Assembly: GCA_951406725.2 (NCBI GenBank)
Contig: OX597817.1
Span: 33,852,001-33,916,000 of the forward strand
DNA length: 64,000 nt
Reading direction: 5' to 3'
Source of the DNA: Octopus vulgaris
Lineage: Eukaryota
Of this stretch, positions 58,901 through 64,000 are shown piece after piece (position 1 is the stretch's first letter; the number at the start of each line of letters is the position of its first letter). The notes under the pieces are model-generated. The model saw only the letters and a list, made by a program, of their open reading frames with translations. It did no database searches and was not told where the DNA came from. A program made the position numbers and the translations under genes.

Positions 58901-61900
58901 AGTGTTTCTACAGCTGGATGCCCTTCCTAACGCAAACCACTCCGTGAGTGTAGTGGGTGCTTTTTATGTGCCTTTACGTGTCACCGACATGAACGCCAGT
59001 CAGGTGGCGCTGGCATCTGCCACGTTCAGACGGTGCTTTTTATGTGCCACCGGCACAGGTATCTTAACTACAATTTCCATTTGATTTTTTACAAAGTTTC
59101 ATTGTGAGTGAAATAAGAGTGTAAACATTATTTCTATGTTATGGATGTCTGGAGAAATGAGGTAGGGATCTCCTGATGAATTATTTCACAGGTTGTTGAC
59201 CACTACTTGGAAAACATATTCAGCTTCCTATCACAGATCAGCTGCTATATAACACAGTCTTGAACTAGGCTAGACAGTCTAATTTTTTAATTTCTGAGCT
59301 TTAATTCATGATGCACCAGAGGTAGTCTTGTACTCACAGTTGTTTCAAACAGCTCAGGATCCAGTACAAACTGCATCATAATAGTCCTTTTTAGGCTCAT
59401 GACAGACTTGATATAAAGAACAATTCAGTTTATAGTTTCAAGAATTCAACAAATAAATATTTCAAATGCCAGTTTCTTCCAGTATTATTTAAGATAAACA
59501 TTTGAAAACCAGTTTTGCTTGCTTTCACCTGTTTAATTTCCATGACAACTTCTAAGTATTACACAAATCCATTTATATATTTGAAAATTATAGAGTTCTT
59601 AAGAAAGAACTTTAATAATGCATAATTGTGAAACAGCTATTCTTCTTTATAACAAGGCATTTAGAATGAAACGTTCATTAAATTGTTGATAGGTAGCCTT
59701 CATTTTTAGTCCTAAAATTTATGTAAATATTATAAATTATGTCCTTCAGAAATTTCAACTAAACACTTGTCTAAATTTCAAAGAGGTGTGCTATACAGGC
59801 AGAGGACTTCTAGAATTTTCCCGATTTTTTAAATGTATCAGTATTGTTATATCACAGAGTTTGTTATATTCTATTTCCAAAAAATATTTAGGAAAATAAC
59901 TATAACCATTTGTGCAGATAAATCATGAAAGGTAAATTAACTGTAGTATTCATCCAGGGATAATATCTCATATGGATGCACTGTGGTTAGAAAGCCAAAA
60001 CTATATCAATAGCAAATGAAAATTGTCCAGCCGTGGTGGTGAGAAAGCCAGATGCACTTTCCTGCCTTTTTGGGCTGTCAGTACCATGTACCCACTACCA
60101 GCCACATGGAATTCTTTTGTATAACTGTTACCATATTTCATTTATCAATATAACCAAACTGTAAAAGATTAAACATTTCGGAAAGACCTTACATTTATTT
60201 AGAATCAATACATTAGACACTCCTACTTTCACTATATTATCAATGTAATACAATTAAAGCATAGTTTCTTATACATATGCAAGCTTCAGATATGGACTTG
60301 ATGTATTATACCTTTCTCAAAAGCATTACTGATGAAAATGAAGAAAATAAGCCAGAATGGAAATCAGATCATAGTATTTGTTCATAGGAAACTTACCTAA
60401 GATCTAGATTAGACTAAAATGTGACTTAAAAATTTTGTACCTCTGTAAAGAAGAATATATCAACTGACGGAAAGGAATATTTAATAAATTCCAAAGCCAA
60501 AGAAATATTTCATACCTCATTTTGTTTGGTCATAAATCCTTCATCATAAATCTGACCACCCTGCTCAGCATAGAAGTTTGTTGAATCTAGTAAGATACCA
60601 CACTCAACACCTGCAGGCACTTTTGGAACAAAATCTTTACCCATGCGTAAAGCTACTATTGATCCAGTGTTTGTCTCAAAAACTGAAATGTAAATAAATA
60701 ACACAGTTAACCCATTTTGTTACAATATTTCTGTCTTTGTTTCAAATCAATTTTGAAAACAAAAATTTAGTAAAATGACTTTACAATTAAGTTGGGATTT
60801 AGAACATAAATTAACATGAAAATTTGATTAAAGGTTTTAATTTAGATCGCTCTAAAACAGGAAGTTTGTACCAAAGAACCAGGGGCAAGAAGACAGTATA
60901 AATCTAATTTTTCATGATACTACATTATAAAACTGAAATATGAAATGTAACTGAACAGCTCAATCTAACAAAAGAAATTGGGGCTTTAACAGTGGAGAAC
61001 AGAATTGAAGAACCTGCAAATGTGAAGTTGGAACCAGAACACAATGGGTGAGTAGTGGAAGGTTTGGTTTATTACAAGGGAGTGCTGAAAATTTCCTGGC
61101 TTTAAGGGTATCACAAAGGCCTGGTTGGAGGCCCAATTCTCCAAGTTCTTTTACAAGCCTTAGAAAAACTGAAGGACCAGTGCAATAAGTGTGTGAATCT
61201 AAGAGGGGGAATATGTTGAAAATCATAATTAACTGATCCTCCTGTATTTTCTTTTACTTAAACCCAGGAGCTTTTCAGCACCACCTCATACATAAAAGGG
61301 AAGCCAATACACATGCATACAAATAACTGAAAACAGAAGGTAAATGCACTTTAAAAGAATAACCCCTGTAGTGATAAACTTTATCATGGATGCTTTACTT
61401 GCTGAAACATTCAGTATATTTCACCAACAATGAACTATAATTCAATCTTACAAACTTGAAGCAACCAAAATACTATACATTAGCATAGACACACACTCAC
61501 AAACACATTATCCAACCTCACCAGCTTTTATATGAAGATCTCAAATGATAAATTTTCAAAACTAAAATATAATTGCTATAAACAATGAAAAATGTACTTT
61601 AGAATACAATCATAATACTGTTGAGAGTTAGTGATTAGGTTACTTGCCATAGTTCCCATTTTCATCAGCAGTATACTTATATTTTGGTAAATCATCAGTG
61701 AGAGGAACACCCTTTGTTTGAAGTTCATTCAAAGCATGTACATCAAGACTGACCATTTGTGTTGCAGTTCCACCGCTACCTTGGGAAGCAAGCTATACAA
61801 GAAGAAACGACAAAGGACATTTTAATATAAAAGTAAAGCAAGTTATAACAAGGAAAACAACAGCAATTCTAAAACCTAGGAAACTAGGTTTCATTAGCGC

Positions 61901-63934
61901 AAACATTATAGATAACATTTCATAGCTGTTAATTAAGTGATGCTGAATAAAAAATATGATCCACCAGGATAAGCCTGGCATGAAAAATTAAATGACATAC
62001 CATGATCAACTCTTTAGCATTCAAACCAGCCATACATGGAGTTATTGACATGTAATTTTTGTACATAAAATAATGGTAAACACTATAACCCAATTGGCCA
62101 TAGTAATACCACAGAAGACTGTCTACACATAGAAAATCTAAAGTTAATCAGTTTGGAAGACTCCACTATACAGCAGGCTAATGAACTAATCACCAATTTT
62201 ACAGTTTAAGCACTTCTTGCAGCATTGGGTTGATCCAACTCTGTGTTATTTTGCTTCATAAACAGAATCATTAAAAGTGTTTCTATTCTTTGTTACTTAT
62301 TTCCCTTAAAATTTCCTACTGTATTATCTATTTACTTAAATAGACTAAACCATTTTGGATCCTACTCTATGATATTTATGTATGAGATAAACTGGGCCAC
62401 TTGTAGGTTCTGTAATTTTTTGACCACAAATCTTTTAATATTTTGAGACTAATCTTCATTTGTTTTATTTCCTTAAAGCCTTAAGGAAAGAGCAAATGAT
62501 CCAAAATTTCAAAAACCTGGAAACCATTCTATATCTTCAGTGTACATATCTCCAAGTTTTTTTCCACTTTCATTATAAATTCACAACATAATTAAAGACA
62601 CTTTTTAATACAGTTCTCTAAATTGCTCACAATATATAGAATTGAACCTCACAGAAGAGATGACTAGTGATAAGCTGCACTTAAGAAGACCTGCCCAGCA
62701 ATGTAAAATCTATGTCTATGACCCCGCCTCCCTCTCTCACGACTCACTCACGCTCACCACTGCTGTTTCTCCGCTCCTTTTCATTCTCCCTCAAGTGTCC
62801 ACCTACCTGTCTGCACACTACATGCTCTTGTTAAATCCAATTCTTAGCTCCTTTTCTCTGTTCGAAATCTTATGAACTCACCTGCCTATCAACCCTCTCC
62901 AATCTCTGGTTCCCCCCACTATGTACACTACCCTGTAACTTAGGAGTATGGCCCCTGCCCTTTCTGTTACATCTTCACTATCTTTCTCTTCTATCTCTCT
63001 TCATCTGAGGAAGCCATGTCTCTCATCTACTGCAAGTTATCACTCTGTTCTTCAATACTACTCCCTACTAGTTGAGGGGTCTTATCCAGCAATTTACTTG
63101 GTGGCCTCACTGCTGCTAATGCCACATAAAAAGCACACAGTACACTCTGTAAAGTGGTTGACATTAGGAAGTGTAACTAGCCATAGACACCATGCCAAAA
63201 CAGACAGCAGAGCTCGGTGCAGCCTTCTAACCTGCTTGTTCCTGTCAAACTGCCCGACTCATGTCAGCATAGAAAACAAATGTTAAATGATGATGATGAC
63301 AATTGTTAAAATGTTGCAACTAACCAGAGAAGCTTTCCGGGCTTCTTCATAGGCATCCATGTCAACTACCAAACCATGCTCATCAACAATTAGTTGAGTC
63401 AGGTCAATTGGAAAACCGTAAGTATCATACAGTCGCCATGCAATATCACCTGAAACAGAAGATGAGAAATCAGTACTTTTCCATATAACTTTCTTGTAGG
63501 AGTAGAGGTTACATATAATACTAAGCTTTAAGATGACTACATTTTTCAAGAATTAGCTGGCTAGACTGATAGGTCTGTAACCTAGAAGACTAGAAGATTA
63601 GGACTGTTGGAGACTGTAAGGATTGCAAAGAGGCAGAAAAATCGCCACATTTAATAAAATTAGGGAATTACATTTGTTTTTATCATTAAAAAAAAAAAAA
63701 GAAAATACTGCAACAATGATAGGTTGAAAGAAATATAGTAATAAAAAATATATAGTATTTGTATTAATAGAGTAAATGTCATAAAGGTGTCCAACGTAAT
63801 AAATATACAAGAACTGAAGTACCTGGAAGAGATTTTTTCCCGTCTAATTTGGCAATGCTTCTTTGTAAAAGTCTCTGCCCACGGGAGAGTGTCTTCAAAA
63901 ACTGGCTCTCTTCTTCATTAATGATATCTTTCAC
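43748..63934 (-). CDS. AARS1: Cytoplasmic alanyl-tRNA synthetase, 3' part (14 exons; gene continues beyond the window)
   Basis: Exons 63823-63934, 63325-63449, 61648-61792, 60516-60682, 58534-58647, 57373-57510, 56435-56575, 55108-55220, 54858-54966, 53040-53153, 50542-50661, 47098-47184, 45353-45460 and 43748-43918 join in frame. Motifs: [25 protein letters not shown], editing HxxxH (NHTGTH) and [14 protein letters not shown]-Ala GKGGGK. Confidence 0.95.
44280..45340 (+). mobile_element. Decayed RLE-type non-LTR retrotransposon 3' part (R4/Dong-like)
   Basis: Remnant CCHC knuckle (CRIC...INHVLSEC), [13 protein letters not shown] and RLE-like segment; ends in (TAA)n at ~45325. Confidence 0.6.
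44896..45099 (-). mobile_element. Short retroposon insertion with (AAC)n tail and 15-bp TSD
   Basis: TSD TACAATTATTCTTGT at 44881-44895 and 45100-45114. Confidence 0.8.
45353..45460 (-). CDS. AARS1: AlaRS exon ([24 protein letters not shown]...VPK)
   Basis: C-Ala/DHHA1 segment; AG/GT boundaries. Confidence 0.9.
45703..46040 (-). mobile_element. RTE 3' UTR fragment
   Basis: Same tail and 3' UTR as 19603-19800. Confidence 0.8.
46691..47060 (+). mobile_element. SINE family A
   Basis: Full head; ends 37 bp from an AlaRS exon. Confidence 0.85.
47098..47184 (-). CDS. AARS1: AlaRS exon ([13 protein letters not shown]...GSNAK)
   Basis: Open phase-0 exon; AG/GT boundaries. Confidence 0.87.
47417..47930 (+). 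mobile_element. Non-autonomous Helitron (same family)
   Basis: A|TC start, hairpin, CTAG|T; highly similar to 12955-13589. Confidence 0.85.
48108..48180 (-). pseudogene. tRNA-like element (Thr CGT-like anticodon loop)
   Basis: TAGCTTAATGG A-box, TGTGA-CACGTAA-TCACG arm, GTGAG-TTCGAGA-CTCAT T arm, T6 terminator; mismatched acceptor stem and A33. Confidence 0.55.
48300..48644 (-). mobile_element. Non-autonomous Helitron (same family)
   Basis: Reverse-complement termini (CTAGCAGTATCGCCCGGCGTTGCTCGGG ... TATATATAAAGA). Confidence 0.85.
49125..49618 (-). mobile_element. Solo LTR (494 bp)
   Basis: TGTA...TACA termini and GTAC TSD; the empty site is seen in the paralogous segment at 46221-46275. 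Confidence 0.85.
50542..50661 (-). CDS. AARS1: AlaRS exon ([16 protein letters not shown]...)
   Basis: Open phase-0 exon; helical linker typical of C-Ala. Confidence 0.87.
50796..51345 (+). mobile_element. SINE family A interrupted by a family B SINE (~50978-51170, -)
   Basis: Head at 50796-50960 and tail at 51175-51345 flank an inverted family B copy. Confidence 0.8.
51490..52020 (+). mobile_element. Decayed mariner 5' fragment interrupted by a SINE
   Basis: TIR-like GAGGGTGAGCTGAAAAGT; transposase remnant ..[12 protein letters not shown]. Confidence 0.6.
52887..52960 (-). pseudogene. tRNA-like element (Thr GGT-like anticodon loop)
   Basis: TAGCTTAATGG A-box, CTCAG-CTGGTAC-CTGAG arm, CAGGG-TTTGATT-CTCTG T arm, T5 downstream. 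Confidence 0.55.
53040..53153 (-). CDS. AARS1: AlaRS exon ([15 protein letters not shown]...)
   Basis: Open phase-0 exon with AG/GT boundaries, linking the flanking exons. Confidence 0.85.
53655..53990 (+). mobile_element. RTE 3' UTR fragment
   Basis: Same 3' UTR and ATG tail. Confidence 0.8.
54284..54390. repeat. Palindrome with ~47-bp arms
   Basis: TATAATCAAAATAAGCAACAAGAATAACTT...AAGTTATTCTTGTTGCTTATTTTGATTATA. Confidence 0.85.
54659..54701 (-). ncRNA. Possible variant hammerhead motif with U3-A8 core swap
   Basis: Minus strand: GUGUCA UUGAAAA AGACC-AAAAA-GGCU GAAA AGCA UC UGACGU; weak, bulged stem II. Confidence 0.35.
54858..54966 (-). CDS. AARS1: AlaRS exon (HLKSS...[17 protein letters not shown])
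   Basis: Conserved GIRRI motif. Confidence 0.95.
55108..55220 (-). CDS. AARS1: AlaRS exon (VYPDPVRIV...SVEFCGGT)
   Basis: Editing-domain CGGT(H) motif. Confidence 0.95.
56435..56575 (-). CDS. AARS1: AlaRS exon (GAMTVEQV...[10 protein letters not shown])
   Basis: Translation; AG/GT boundaries. Confidence 0.93.
57001..57185. repeat. Palindrome with ~90-bp arms centred on GGTTAACC
   Basis: Arms read directly from sequence. Confidence 0.85.
57373..57510 (-). CDS. AARS1: AlaRS exon (editing domain [21 protein letters not shown])
   Basis: Conserved editing-domain motifs. Confidence 0.95.
57661..58015 (-). mobile_element. RTE 3' UTR fragment
   Basis: Same 3' UTR and tail. Confidence 0.8.
58534..58647 (-). 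CDS. AARS1: AlaRS exon ([20 protein letters not shown]...)
   Basis: Conserved GGYVLH; AG/GT boundaries. Confidence 0.9.
58793..59090 (-). mobile_element. RTE 3' UTR fragment
   Basis: Same 3' UTR and tail. Confidence 0.8.
60516..60682 (-). CDS. AARS1: AlaRS exon (VFETNTG...[13 protein letters not shown]...)
   Basis: Conserved motif; AG/GT boundaries. Confidence 0.94.
61074..61290. mobile_element. Mariner-derived MITE
   Basis: Imperfect TIRs GTGCTGAAAATTTCCTGGCTTTAAG / CTTAAACCCAGGAGCTTTTCAGCAC with TA flanks. Confidence 0.7.
61648..61792 (-). CDS. AARS1: AlaRS exon (LASQGSGG...[11 protein letters not shown]...NY), GC donor
   Basis: Ends TATG|GCAAGT; only the GC donor keeps frame with the next exon. 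Confidence 0.88.
63325..63449 (-). CDS. AARS1: AlaRS exon ([18 protein letters not shown]...)
   Basis: Conserved AlaRS motif; AG/GT boundaries. Confidence 0.95.
63823..63934 (-). CDS. AARS1: AlaRS exon ([19 protein letters not shown]...)
   Basis: Translation read from sequence; AG/GT boundaries. Confidence 0.92.
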
Positions 63935-64000
63935 CTAAAATGAAAAATAATTAGAAAAAATATACAGGATCCATGGAGAAAAATATGTGGCAAGTTTTTT

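Overview
AT-rich, repeat-dense animal genomic DNA. The SINE/LINE families and microsatellite load suggest a cephalopod (Octopus-like); this is inference. Two convergent spliced genes were reconstructed by hand. The first is a complete 9-exon arylsulfatase B/I/J-family gene on + (6584-41869, 539 aa, CTPTR formylglycine motif). The second is the last 14 exons of cytoplasmic alanyl-tRNA synthetase on - (43748 to beyond 63934), with one GC-AG intron. Introns and intergenic DNA contain RTE, CR1 and R4/Dong-like LINEs, four tRNA-derived SINE families, non-autonomous Helitrons, mariner/Tc and TTAA-type MITEs, two solo LTRs and long palindromes. The most interesting signal is non-coding: up to six unrelated type I hammerhead-ribozyme motifs with palindromic stem III. 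Two sit inside ~356 and ~490 nt self-complementary units with terminal direct repeats (retrozyme/Penelope-like). Two others show compensatory swaps of the C3-G8 core pair (G3-C8, U3-A8). The RTE LINE also carries a PHD-type zinc finger inside ORF2, just after the RT core. Repeat boundaries are approximate, and no database search or folding computation was run.
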